In this document: one piece after another, positions 13,990 through 26,443 of the stretch
Layout: each line of letters starts with the position of its first letter
How positions within the stretch are numbered: the stretch's first letter is position 1
NCBI GenBank assembly: GCA_951406725.2
Contig: OX597819.1
Location: 2,976,001 to 3,040,000 of the forward strand
DNA: 64,000 bases
From: Octopus vulgaris
Lineage: Eukaryota
Reading direction: 5' to 3'
Position numbers and translations under genes: made by a program
The notes under the pieces: generated by a model
Database searches by the model: none
Told to the model about the DNA's origin: nothing
Seen by the model: only the letters and a program-made list of their open reading frames with translations

Positions 13990-16330
13990 TTATCTCTGAT
14001 AGGCTCACTATCCTAACATAGATCAGTCTTCACATTGTCCTGTATTTTTCTGGTCCCAGCCACTGCAAATTATCACCTCTTTATATAGTTGTGCTCATCT
14101 GTATGCATCATATTGTCCATACCAATGCAGTCTTCTCTCTTGCACACTGCATTTGATATTCCCCTTCTAAACATTTGTAATTTGTCATTCATGAACACTG
14201 ACATTGCACACCCAGCAGAAGATGCTTCTTTTCTTTCTAGTTTTTGCAGGTTCTTGGCATTCGGTGCTCATCTCTCACTACCAAGTAGCATTGCATTTTG
14301 TACCCAAGCATCATGCAGTCTGCTTTTTGCTCTGAGAGAGAGGGAGAGATCTTTTGTTACCAGCAATAGTAGTAGCTCTCTGAACTTTCTTTAACCTGTT
14401 CTTACTCTAGCTACTATACTTTCAGAACATCACTGTCACTTAGATCACTTAGGTAACAGAAGCTAATCTACTATTTTCAGGAATTCCCTTGTACATTTAA
14501 GAATATCTAATAGCCAATCACTATTAATGCTTATTGTTCCTCAGTATCTACTACATACAAAGTTTACTTTCTCTATCAACCTACCTATACTTCCACTGTA
14601 CTTCTTGTGTGTCCATAGTTTGCACTGGGTTCATCATATGGAATTTCTTTCTATTCATTTTCTACGTATTGAGCAATGCCATTTCCCTGCTGGAAGCAGA
14701 GTCCTGTCTATTTTCCTACTTAGTAATACAGTCTTTGGTAAGTTAACTTTGAGACCCTTTGATTCCAGGTTTTTCTTCCACAACTGGCATTTCTCTAATC
14801 TTATTACAGATTCAGGTCATTAGGAAGATGGCATCAGTAATACTTCTTCCTGGCACAAACTGAACTGCATCTCATCTAGGCTAACTCTTCCCATAAATTT
14901 CATGATCTGGTTCAGCAATTTGGTACCTCTGTAATTATCTCCTTCTACGGTATTGCCTTTATCCTTGTAACAGCTGAATATGATGCTACTGTGCCAGTCA
15001 TTAGGTAAGACACCTTCCTGCACAGTCTGATTAACTGTATAGGGCACTACTCTGCCAGATATTTTGAGTATTTCAGCAGTAGTTCCTGATTGGCCAACTT
15101 CATACCCTTCCTTTTTTTTTCTCACTGCTGTCTATTAGAATGGTTGGTTCTTCTCTTGGCTCTATGCTGGGAAGACATTTTTTCTCTCATGCTCTTCGGT
15201 ACTACTCTGCCAGATATTTTGAGTATTTCAGCAGTAGTTCCTGATGGACCAACTTCATATCCTTCCATTTTTTTCTCATGCTGCTATCTCCTGGGTCTAT
15301 GCTGAGAAGACAGTTTCTCTCATGCATTCTTCACATTTAGTAGCCTTTTTTTAAATAGCATTTGGTACCCACTTCTCATCCACAATGTTTTGGTTTTGTC
15401 TAGTACACTGCCATGCAATCCAAAATGCCTCACACCTATGATCTTCATTTGGTAGAACATTGGCAAATCTCTTATATTCAGCTTTTCCCATTGTTATGTA
15501 TACCTGTTACCTAGTTCCCCTTCTAGCTACCTGGTATATTTCCCTTCTGGCTTTTCTTCAAGCCTTTCTAAGTCTGTCTCTTTGCTGTTATAGCTTTGTT
15601 TGTCCCAGCTACAAGCTTGGTCTGTAACTCTGAACAGGTCCATGCTGTAGGAAATAATTGTTGTCTTTCTATGCTCAAGTCTTTATCTCTGCCTTCCTAT
15701 TATCAAATATTTCAATTAGTTCTTTTCAAAATTCCTAACTGTTCAATGGAACTTTAAGCTTCCATACTTTTTACCAAATTGATTTGTGTCTCTGAGTTTG
15801 TTTAGTTCTAAATTTGAAGTCACTAACCACTGACCTGTGTTAGGAAGGACTCTGGAGAGTCTGAAGTCTATCTGGCTTGTGTTCCCCAGATTGATAGGTC
15901 ATCAGGTAGCCTGATGGTTATGAGATCATTAGTGTTTCAGCCCTCCAGCAACCTTCTTCTCTCTTCATTCCATGAACTAATTGCTGTAACCTCCATGCAC
16001 CCAGTCATGATATTCATCATCAACGTAGTCTGCAAGAGGGTCTCATGGGATTGGTCCTTCTGTCCATTTTCCAACTCAGATTGTAGAGCATATGCAAAGA
16101 TAAATGTTGCTGTGGCATTAATTAAAGCTACTCTAAGTTTAATTATCCCACTCCATACTCTATCTCAATCACTTTAGCAGTTTCTCTGTCAGTAGTATGC
16201 CTACTCCACTCACATACTGCCTGCCCAGAAAAATTTATACCCTTATTCATATGGTGTCTATATGTCTCAGCTCCAGCATTTAACAATCACTCCAGACCTA
16301 CCTTCCATTGTACCTACATTAATTTTGGCA
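13990..16330 (-). mobile_element. decayed RTE-clade LINE
   Basis: Fragments such as LPNDWHSSIIFSCYKDKG...NYRGTKLL...LDEMQF, plus endonuclease remnants. Internal duplication of about 155 bp at 15045-15325. Confidence 0.8.
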
Positions 16331-17652
16331 GCTCTGGAAGTTTTATACTTGATAGGAAAAGAGAGTGAGTTGTTGAAAGGGTTATGTAAATGTTTGCTGC
16401 ATGTGTCCAAATATCCAAATATTAACACTCAGTGTAGTATTTGAGATATTGTCTCAAAAAAGAAGAAGAAAAGTGAGATGGTCATGGTTAAAACATTTTT
16501 GATCATGTATCCACTTGATCTTGTCTGATCAGGGGCTAAATATGTATACAATAAATATAAACTCATACGTTATCTGTCTGTCAAATATATCCACCCACTT
16601 GTCCATTTATCCACCCAGTGGATGTCTTATCAGTCAATCACTCATTTCATTCAGTCATTCAGTGAAACTCCAGCGTAACTAGATTGTCACATTTTTTGTT
16701 TGTTTTTGTATTTACACAAGTACTTCTGTGTTTTGGCAACAGTCATTGTAGTGAATTTTTATATAATGCAAGTTATATGCAGATACCTATTTACATAGCT
16801 ATAACAAGGTGAATATTTTACATAGTAACAGTGATTGCAACTAAATAACATTGTTGTGTAGCTAGAGGGAGATAATACCTAACAAAATCTGCTCCTCCTA
16901 TTGCTGTTGAGGTAAAGCCTGCCTTTTTCTAGCAGTCTCTACTTCATGTTATATTATGCAGCATTTTCTCTCAGTATCCATCTATGTCTTGCTAATCTTG
17001 TGACATTACATCTCCCCTGGATATTAAATGAGGACTTGGGTTGTTGAGCCTGATCTTGAGAGGCTGTTCACAGCACCAGCATATTTCTACACATTTGTTG
17101 CCCCATTGGGATCATTTGAGATTATTTCCACCTCACGAATGATTGTTTCTGTACGGCATTGACTATTTAGCAGGCATGTGGCATTATCTCTACATGAGAA
17201 GCCTACCTCAGCACTGTTTGCATCTATTTACTAGAATTTTCTTTATGCTAGTTGTGCATCTGAAAGACCTCAAAATATGCCTATTGAAAATTTTTGTGTA
17301 CCTATGTGCCTGTCGAAAATGTTTATACACTAGATTAAGGTAAATCCTACCTAGACAAGTTTTAACATTCAGAGAAAATGGAGGTGAAAACCATGTGACC
17401 TTATGGTAGTGTTTTGTTTTGGTGGGGTTATGGTTGGATATATAATCAATCCTTCTTTGAAATCACTAGCAGCCTTGTTATAATATAGGGCTGTGGCATT
17501 AAAGGTTTCCTTATTTGATGATAAGTTAGAGATTCATGTGCTTACATGGCTGGATGGCAAGTATCTGTGTTAATATTTGTCACCTTCTCATTTGGTTACT
17601 GGAAAAGTTTATAGGTACTTGTATTTGAATCCAAGTTTACTTCCAGGCAATC

Positions 17653-18122
17653 AAGTATTTTCAAGTTGGTCTCTGCTGTGACTTGACCCCAAGGGAATTA
17701 AGTATTTTCAAGTTGGTCTCTGTTGTGACTTGACCCCAAGGGAATTAAGTATTTTCAAGTTGGTCTCTGTTGTGACTTGACCCCAAGGGAATTAAGTATT
17801 TTCAAGTTGGTCTCTGTTGTGACTTGACCCCAAGGGAATTAAGTATTTTCAAGTTGGTCTCTGTTGTGACTTGACCCCAAGGGAATTAAGTATTTTCAAG
17901 TTGGTCTCTGTTGTGACTTGACCCCAAGGGAATTAAGTATTTTCAAGTTGGTCTCTGTTGTGACTTGACCCCAAGGGAATTAACTATTTTCAAGTTGGTC
18001 TCTGCTGTGACTTGACCCCAAGGGAATTAAGTATTTTCAAGTTGGTCTCTGTTGTGACTTGACCCCAAGGGAATTAAGTATTTTCAAGTTGGTCTCTGTT
18101 GTGACTTGACTCCAAGGGAATT
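17653..18122. repeat. 47-bp minisatellite, 10 near-identical copies
   Basis: Unit AAGTATTTTCAAGTTGGTCTCTGTTGTGACTTGACCCCAAGGGAATT, head-to-tail with no spacers. Confidence 0.97.
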
Positions 18123-19837
18123 AAGGGCATAAGTTAATCCCTTCCTAAGCTTATAGAATGTGTGACCATTTATCCCTCTCAATTTGTTATATAGTGCACT
18201 TAACTTTGCTAGGAGTTGTACTAAAATTTGTGACAGTGGTGTTGACATCATCATGCACACCAGGAAAACTCTGCTATTTGAAAAGGGTTTGGTCTAAGTA
18301 AAGTGGACTCACCCAGACAGCTTCTTCTATGTAGTGATAGGAGCATTTGACAATGCTGATGTATGTAACCATAAGGCCTTTTTATTCTTGATATAGTTAG
18401 TAAGAAATTCCCCTCAACTAGCTTTGATCCACATAGGGCCTTAACATTTTCAAAATGAGCAAATGGTCACACACTCAACATGGCCTTTTGTGTTTTCTGT
18501 CTTGGTTGTATTCTTTCAACCATGTTTTGTGTTTGGAACTTGTACTCCTCTGAGATCCAAGAGCTGGATGTGTTTTAAGGTCTCCAATAGCAAAGAACCA
18601 AGCCATACTTTTCCATTCAGTCATGTCCAATGATTGTTAATTTTATTTCTCTATTGCTGGAAGGATTCTGGCATAAAACAAACCGTTTGGTAACATTCAC
18701 TGGCTGTCATAAGATTATAATATTATGTATAATAATAATAATCATTTCAAAGTTTTGCCACAAGGGCAGCTTGTGGGAGCGGATTAAGTTGGTTACATCG
18801 ACCCCAGTGCATAACTGGTACTTATTTAATTGATCCAGAAAGGATGAAAGGCAGAGTCAACCTCGGTGGAATTTGAACTCAGAATATATTGATGGGCAAA
18901 ATACTGCTAAGCATTTTAACCAGCGTTCTAACAATTCTGCCTGCTTGCTGCCTTTATGTAATACTAATAATGATAATAAGAGCACTCAGAGAGTGCAAAC
19001 CTCTGCCAAGGCAACATCAATGTCCTCTCAACGATCAGCCGGAGATGATTTTTAAAATAAGAATATCTGAAATAAACTTGACTGCTCTCACAAACAAGAA
19101 TACTAAAGATAAACCCAACTGCTCTCAAAAAACAGAAAAATAATCTAGAATCCTTGTCCAGTACCTGATTGATCCCAATGGTAGTCATGGAATGTGAAGG
19201 TGGGTGTGTGGGCTGTGTTTGTAATTCTGTGTGTGTGTGTGTGTTGTCTGCAGTGGGAACAGGGACAGTTTTCTCTACGAAGTCCTTTTTTAGTCTATTC
19301 ACTGATATAGTGTCTTTACTACCTTAAAGGTCTATAGTAAAAAATTTATCTGTTCATGAAAGAAAATGGAAAGGACCTGTATACAGTGCTGTTAAGGGAG
19401 TTTTAACAACATTGTTGCACACAAAAACTTGAATCCAAGAAGTAAAGCTTCCTTCAAGGCAGAGCTAGAAATGCAATTGTCATGTAGGTAAGAGGTTTTG
19501 AACAGGAGTGATATATTCAAATTGGTAAAACTAAAAATTGGTGAGAATAAATTCATTATTTTTCCTGAATATGTTAGTGTTATTTAATTTCTGAACGGTT
19601 TTGCTGCCGTTTGTTTATGTAGTTTGATTTCTTTATCCATCAGTTTCTACTAAGACGTGAGTAAAATTAATAATAGAGAAAGAAAAATTTCCAAATATAA
19701 TCCCAGGTTGAATATATGGCCCTTATACACCCTAGAATCAAGCTCAATGTATAAGTAAAGATACAAATATAAATAATTTGTAGAGCATAAGAATAGTTGG
19801 AGTGATTAGAGCTAAAAATCCAAAAGTTAAAGCAATA

Positions 19838-20220
19838 TAGGCATGGCTGTATGATTGAGAAGCTTGCTTACCAACCATATGATCCTGGGTTCTGTCCCAC
19901 TGGGGGTTACCTTTGGTAAGTGTCTGCTACTATAGCCCTGGGCTGACCAAAGCCTTGTGAGTAGATTTTGGAGATGGAAACTGAAAGAAACTTATCAGAC
20001 ACAAACACACACGTGTGTCTGTGTCTGTGTCTTTGTATTTTTGTTTGTCCCACAGTATTAGTCCCTGTTACATAGCAGAAAAAACTGATAGAATAAGTTC
20101 CAAACTTGAAAAAAAACAAAACAAAATTAAGTACTGGAGTTGATTTGCTTAATCAAACCCTCCAATGCAGTGTCCCAGCATGGCTGCTGTCCAATGACTA
20201 AAACGATTTAAAGATAAAAG
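19838..20220 (+). mobile_element. SINE family with head GGCATGGCTGT...AAGCTTGCTT.CCAACCA.ATG.TCC.GGGTTC.GTCCCACTG
   Basis: Related copies at about 12300-12655 (-), 24040-24190 (+), 41820-42120 (-), 44830-45235 (-) and 62020-62445 (-). Confidence 0.7.
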
Positions 20221-20433
20221 ATGAATTTAAAAAATGCAGAAATCAAGAACAAAAGTAAAAATAAAAATGCAAGTACAAGATAAGGAAAATAATGTTCCTC
20301 TAAAAAAAGGTTTCAATCAAATGGTAAAGAATAAAATATATAAAAAAAATTTAAATAAAAACTAAAAATAAAATAAAACCAAAGGCTTGTTGGTGCTGTG
20401 GGTGTAGAGATATATTGTAGACTAGCACTATGA

Positions 20434-20762
20434 CTAGTGTATGCATATGCAGCTGCGTGCGTGCGTACATACACGCGAGTACTGTCCAAATCTCCACCCA
20501 CTCACATACAGCTAGCTGGCATTCAATTGGCGTATCAAGTTTCAGGCATTTTGATTGGGTTTTGGATAGAAAATTCACAAAAAAGTCACTTCTATTGATT
20601 TTTTAATGGCTTTGCGGGGTGACTGGGGAAATGTAAAGATGTGCACGACCACCCTTGGATGGTTTTGAATGACCATAGAAAGTGCAAGCCCTCTAACTGA
20701 AAAATTGTGGATTTGTATAAAGGACACACACACAGACATTTTGCCGTTTATATATATAGAGA
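20434..20762 (-). mobile_element. non-autonomous Helitron-like element, copy 2
   Basis: Same sequence as 3556-3906, with TC...CTAG termini on the minus strand. Confidence 0.7.
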
Positions 20763-21742
20763 TAGGATGCAGCGATAACATTATACAGATACAATTAGTG
20801 AGAAAACCAGGAACAGTCAATCTGCAACTTAATTGTAGTAATTAGGGCTGACAAATGACCCCAAATATGTCACTATAAGGTTTAAAGCATCCAGTGAATT
20901 TTTGATATAAACTTTGTGTCACACAGCCATATATACTCCAAACAGATAGTACTGCCAGCACAAAAATATACACACAGAGAATATATTTATCAAATTTCAA
21001 ACACAGGCTAAACTTTGAATATAGCTATTAACATATGACTGAGTTAAAGAACATCAGTGACACCTACTTGTTGACAAAAACACACATTTCATTTGTATTT
21101 GTATACATATCCATAATGATGCTTACAGACTGTACACTTAGTTCATACACATTAGTCAAATCAATCAGATACTCAATACAATATTGGTAATGCATTGCAT
21201 ATGGAATGGCTAGTCGATTACACAGATCGCCAATGCTCAACTGGTACTATCAACCCTGAAAGCATGAAAGGCAAAGTTGATGTTGGTGAAATTTGATCTC
21301 AAAGCATAAAACCAGAAGGAATGCCTCTAAGTATTTTGTCTGGTGTGCTAAGAATTTTGCCAGCTCATTGCCTTAATAATAGGGGAAAATAATCTCTACT
21401 CAAGTGAGTAGAATACCACAAATTAATCAATACTACATCAGCTATTTAAACAGTGATGCTAAACTTTGTTTCACACACACACAAGATAGCTTAGTTTGTC
21501 TTTTGGCCCCAAACAACAACACTGAAATATGGTTACATGTGGTTCTGGATTCAGCAACAGCTGTTGTTACCTGTGGTGCAGGACCACAAGATTTAATTAG
21601 CATTTTAATTGATGTCTTAATAGTTTTAGTCAATTTACTATTTAAACATGCAACATCCATACTAAAAATACTTTTCTTCTGTTTGTTTGTTATACTCTTT
21701 TTTTTTGTTTCTTGTTCCTGAAATATTTTAGATTACAAATGA

Positions 21743-22510
21743 TATGAGGCTTGGCTAAAAAGTTCATAGCCTGATCAAAATACTCTCATGGAATGTGACT
21801 AGATGAAGTTTACTTTTCAATGTTGTCTTTCTTGCAGTCCACATACTTCTATCAGTTTTGCTTGGATTCCATTGGTAAAGAAGCTTTCATCCTGTTGGTT
21901 CCAAGCCAAGTATTTTTTCATGTTGGGGAACAGATGATAGTCAGATGAGGCCATATCAGAAGGGTGAGCAACCAGTTCAAAGCCAGTCACACACAACTGC
22001 CATTGAAACGAAGGGCTTGTGTGATGAAACAAAGACACCTTTTGTCAGTTTTCCTGGGCAGATGGTTTTGATTTCCTTTTGTAACTGTCTCAGCAAGTTG
22101 GTATAGTACTCCCCATTGATAGTGTAGCCCTTCTGAAGATAATCAGTAAACACAATGCCACTTGCATCCCAAAAAACTGAGGCCATGAACCTTCCCTGCA
22201 GATGAAACAATATTGGCCTTCTTTGGAACAGGTGAGGAGGTGATGTTTCCATTGTATGGATTGTCTCTTTGTCTCTGGCTCAAAGTGATGAACCCAACAC
22301 TCATCCTGGAAACCAGCTGGATCTGCCTGAAACAATGTCAGGTCTTCCCATGATGTGATCAACCTGGTGTGCTTTTGATCAGGTGTCGGAAGACATGGCA
22401 CTCATCCAGCAGAAACCTTTGTCATGCCAAGTTCATTGTACTGAATATTCTCAGCTTTCTCATGGGATTTGCATATAGTATTGGTTATTTGATTTATAGT
22501 CAGTCATCTT
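21743..22510 (-). mobile_element. degenerate mariner-family transposase remnant
   Basis: Encodes DECWVHHFEPETKRQSIQWKH, MASVFWDASGIVFTDYLQKGYTINGEYYTNLL and HPSDMASSDYHLFPNMKKYL in shifted frames. Confidence 0.85.
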
Positions 22511-23636
22511 GTAGATATGTAAGTATGTGTATTCCGTGTTATGCTGTTGAATTTCGACTGAAAGATGTTATGGCAAGGTCTTAGTTTGTCAGTGTATTAT
22601 TTCTAGACCATTTCTACAATTGTATTATGATGCATTTTGATGATATTTCAACATGTATTTCCTCATTTTGAGATAATTTGAGAAGTGTGACTTTCTCTTT
22701 CCTCACTCACCTTTGAAGTTTATAACTAATTTAGTGTGATAGCGTTTTGTTTTGAAAGGTTGATTGATTTATGTCAGCTGATGTCAGTTTATTTGCTTTT
22801 AGAAAAGCTTGGTTAGCTCTTTTGTCAAATAGTTTAGTTTTTTGATATTCTGATATATAAGTCTTAGATAATAGCCATCAGCAGGTGATGATTCTGTCAA
22901 CCCAAATATTCTACCTGTTTTATGTTCGTACTTGCCAGATCTGACTCCTCACACCTACTCTACAATGTCATTCTAGAAATAAAACAGTCACATCATTGAA
23001 ATCTCAAAGTATGATTACTTCAAAACAAGGTGAATAAGTATTACATTTAACAGTAACCTAAATAGTAAATGGTTAATAGCAGTCTCTGATGACTAAAAGT
23101 TCTTTTGGGTACTAAGATTTCAAAATTATTTCAGATTGGGAAGAATAACTTGTATTCTTTTTTTTAATGAGATTTTAAAAGCTTGTGTAAGCAAAATTGC
23201 AAGATTTTGTAATTTTTTAAAGATTTGTGGTTCAGTTAGGTCAAGCTCACTAATTAAATATTAAGCTGTTGGGAAGAGGAACTTGTAGAGAGACAGGCAT
23301 GATATAGCCATATTTTGAGCCACTCTTTCATTCAGTAATGTTTATTGTTACATTTGTGTAATATTTACTTTTCAGTGGCTTCTATGAATTGAAATTAAAG
23401 CAACTTTATTTTAGTGTTTATTCACATTGAATTTGTTTTGTTTCAGGTGGAGTAAAAGCTTTAATGATTTTATGATTTTAATATAAAATATATTCATGGT
23501 TAGTGTAATAATGTAATTTAACTTTTTGTGATTCAATATTTTTATTACTAACAATTTTTTCTTAAAATATAACCAAAAATAAAAATATTAAAGCAAAAAT
23601 TATCAAATATTTAAAACTTCTAAATTTATTTTTCAG

Positions 23637-23648
23637 GTGCTGAAATGG
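23637..23648 (+). CDS. SR splicing factor, 12-nt microexon (coding exon 2, adds G-A-E-M)
   Basis: tttatttttcag|GTGCTGAAATGG|gtaagt: consensus acceptor and donor, phase 1/1. Gives KY-GAEM-AYAFVDY in the loop before RNP1. Confidence 0.8.
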
Positions 23649-24649
23649 GTAAGTAATTCTCTTAAAATTTAATGATTTTTTTTCTTCTGTTTCTCAAAAA
23701 AGGATTATATGAACTTGTATGAAAATATATAAAATTATTTAATCTCACCTTTGCTAAGCATTTAAATCATGGTAAAATGTGTCAAAGTTACATCGTGTTT
23801 TACATCAGTATTTGGAATTACTTCAACACTATTGGAATATAGGTTTCCAGTGTGAGCAGTTTGGTACTTACAAGCATGTTTATAACTTGGGTGTCATATT
23901 TTTCAATAGCTTTGTTCTTCTATTCAATCATAGTTGGAACTTTTTTTTTTTTGTTGGAGCAAATGATTTAAAGTTGCATGCTTGTCTTATTGCAAACAAT
24001 TCAATTATAGAGTAAGAAAGTATCTCATGAATGGTTTCAGGCAAGCTTGGCTCTGTAGTGCTGAAGTTCTCTTCATGGCAGTGTGGTTCCATGTTCAGTC
24101 CCAATGCGGAATGTCTTGAGCGTTTTCTACCATAACCTCAGGTCAACCAATGCTCTGTGAGTGAAATTTGGTCAACAGAAACTGGAAGTTAGTAAGCCTG
24201 TCCTAATTTGTGATAAAAGACTTAATCCAACACCAAGTTTAATACCACCACTTGGCTTTTGTGTACCTTTACAGGAGGTCCACTCTTGAAAGCGTTCAGG
24301 TTAGCCTTCTGGTGTGGGTATAACTTCTTCCCTTCCTGCCACCAGTTACAAAAGCTCTTAAAACCATGGGCACAGACTAAGTTATGAAAAAAGACAAAAA
24401 GTTGAGTAGAGCACTGATTTTGATGTAGTGCATACTGTTATTCTTGACTGTATCTTACCTGTTCATTGCAATAAAGAAATTTCCTTAAAAGATCTTTTGG
24501 TGCAAACAGTTTGCAAAATTGTATTATACTATTGATCTAGATCTAATTTATTATGCTCACCTTTCTACTTTAGTAGAATTACTCATAAATACATATGAGT
24601 GTGTAAAGTCATATATATATTTACACACATACAAACACACACATGTACA

Positions 24650-26443
24650 CAAGGTCTGGTGAAATTGTGAAGATGCTAGAGTAGAGATGAATGGATATGT
24701 GATGTGTGCAAGAGGTAAGGTGGAACTGATCCTTTACCAAACTCCTCACAAGCACAAAACAGCAATATAAATTCTTGTGGGTAACAGCAACAGCCGGGGT
24801 AGAGTAGGCATACTGTTAGCTGAGAAAAGGATAAAAAATGTATTTCAGGTAGCCAGGGTATGCAATTGGATAATTAAGAGACAAATTAAAGGCAACTCAA
24901 AAGTGATGGTTGTCTCTGCATATGCCTCACAGGAAAGATGCACAGAAGAACAGATGGGCTACTTCTATGAAACCCTTTTGCAGACTAATTCAATGCTGTT
25001 TGACAGTTACTTCATCATTGTGACTGACAACTTCGGTGGTCATGTTGGCCAATATGATAATGATTTCCATGACATACATGGAGGCTATGGCTATGGTGCA
25101 AGAAATGAGGAGGGTGTACAGCTCCTGAAGTTCTATGATGCAACTGATCTAACAATTTGCAACATGCACCACTAGGAAATTGGCTAACCACTCCATCACC
25201 TATCAATCTGACATACACATTAATCAGATAGATTACATTCTCACCAAGAAAATAGACAGAGGAGTTACTGTAAATATAAAGCCTTTTTTTGGCAAAGAAA
25301 GCACCATACAACATAGATTAGTGGCTAGTGACTTCAGAGTCAGAGCTAGGCTGACACAGAAACAAAATGTGACATAGGAAAGGAAGATATGGAAACTAAA
25401 AGCTCTTGTAAATGGGAACAGATTTTGGCAATAGAAAGGAAGACCTTGTAGTACAGATGGAAATCTGGAACTTCTGCAAAATAACATGTTTAGGGCTACA
25501 AATCAGACATGTGACTGGGGCAAAGGTGGTGAAATGATGCAGTTGATAGGGCAGTAGAGGCTATGTGACAGACTTGGAAAGCCTGAAAGAAAGGTGTCAG
25601 CATTATCAAATCACTAGATGGGCTGCTAGGTGATAGGTATACTTGGCTAAGGGTGAGGCAAAGAGGAAGAAATTTGCACATCAAGATTACAAGACAGTTT
25701 GTGATAGAGATTTAAGATGTCATATTTAGAAGGATAAAGGTATACTTGCCATGGATGTAGAAGAAAAAACAAGTGAAATGGAAGTGCTATTATGGGAGGC
25801 TACTGAATGTGGAGAATGTATAGGATAAAGTAGGGCTACCTCTTACTGACTCTGCAGAACAACCAGCAATTCACGTTCACAGCAGTGTGGTAAATAAAAC
25901 CATCAAGGATATATTAGAGGGATAGTTGCAGGTCCATTTGGGATGGTTATGGAGATGCTCAAAATATCTGGTGAGGTAGAGGCACATAATTATCACCCAG
26001 ATAGTTAAGTTATACGAGAAAGAGTCATACCTGATGACTGGCATCACAGTATCATTGTAAACTACTGCAAAGGCAGAGGAGATGCCTTAGTGAGAAGCAG
26101 CTATAGAAGAATCTAATTAATGGGTCAGGTTATGAAGGGATCAGAGCGAGTCGTCCAGACGATGCAGGAGAAACACCAAGCTACGAATAAACCATTACTC
26201 CTGGCATTTGTTGACTTGGAGAAGCCCTTTGACAGGACACTATGTATGGTAATTTGGTGGTCACTAAGGAAACTAGGCATTGACAAATGGCTTGTAAGAG
26301 TTGTACAAGCCATGTACAAAGATGCAGTAAGTAAAGTGAGTCAACAAAGATTTCAGTGAATTTAGCAAAAATGGATGTTAAATGATGATGATGGTTGGAC
26401 AATGATGATGATGGATGGACATCAAGGCTCAGTCCTCAATCTC
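24650..26443 (+). mobile_element. decayed RTE-clade LINE (5' part; continues at about 29361-29790)
   Basis: APE endonuclease (GVGILL-like, VSAYA, DNFGGHVG, QIDYIL, QHRLV) and RT (AFVDLEKPFDR, HQGSVL) fragments. Confidence 0.85.

Noticed and set aside
17653-18122. CRISPR-like array
   Set aside because: Units are contiguous with no unique spacers, no cas genes are present, and the context is a eukaryotic intron.
16600-18630. Possible decayed LTR/DIRS retroelement around the minisatellite
   Set aside because: Only faint motif resemblance by eye; cannot be supported without a profile search.
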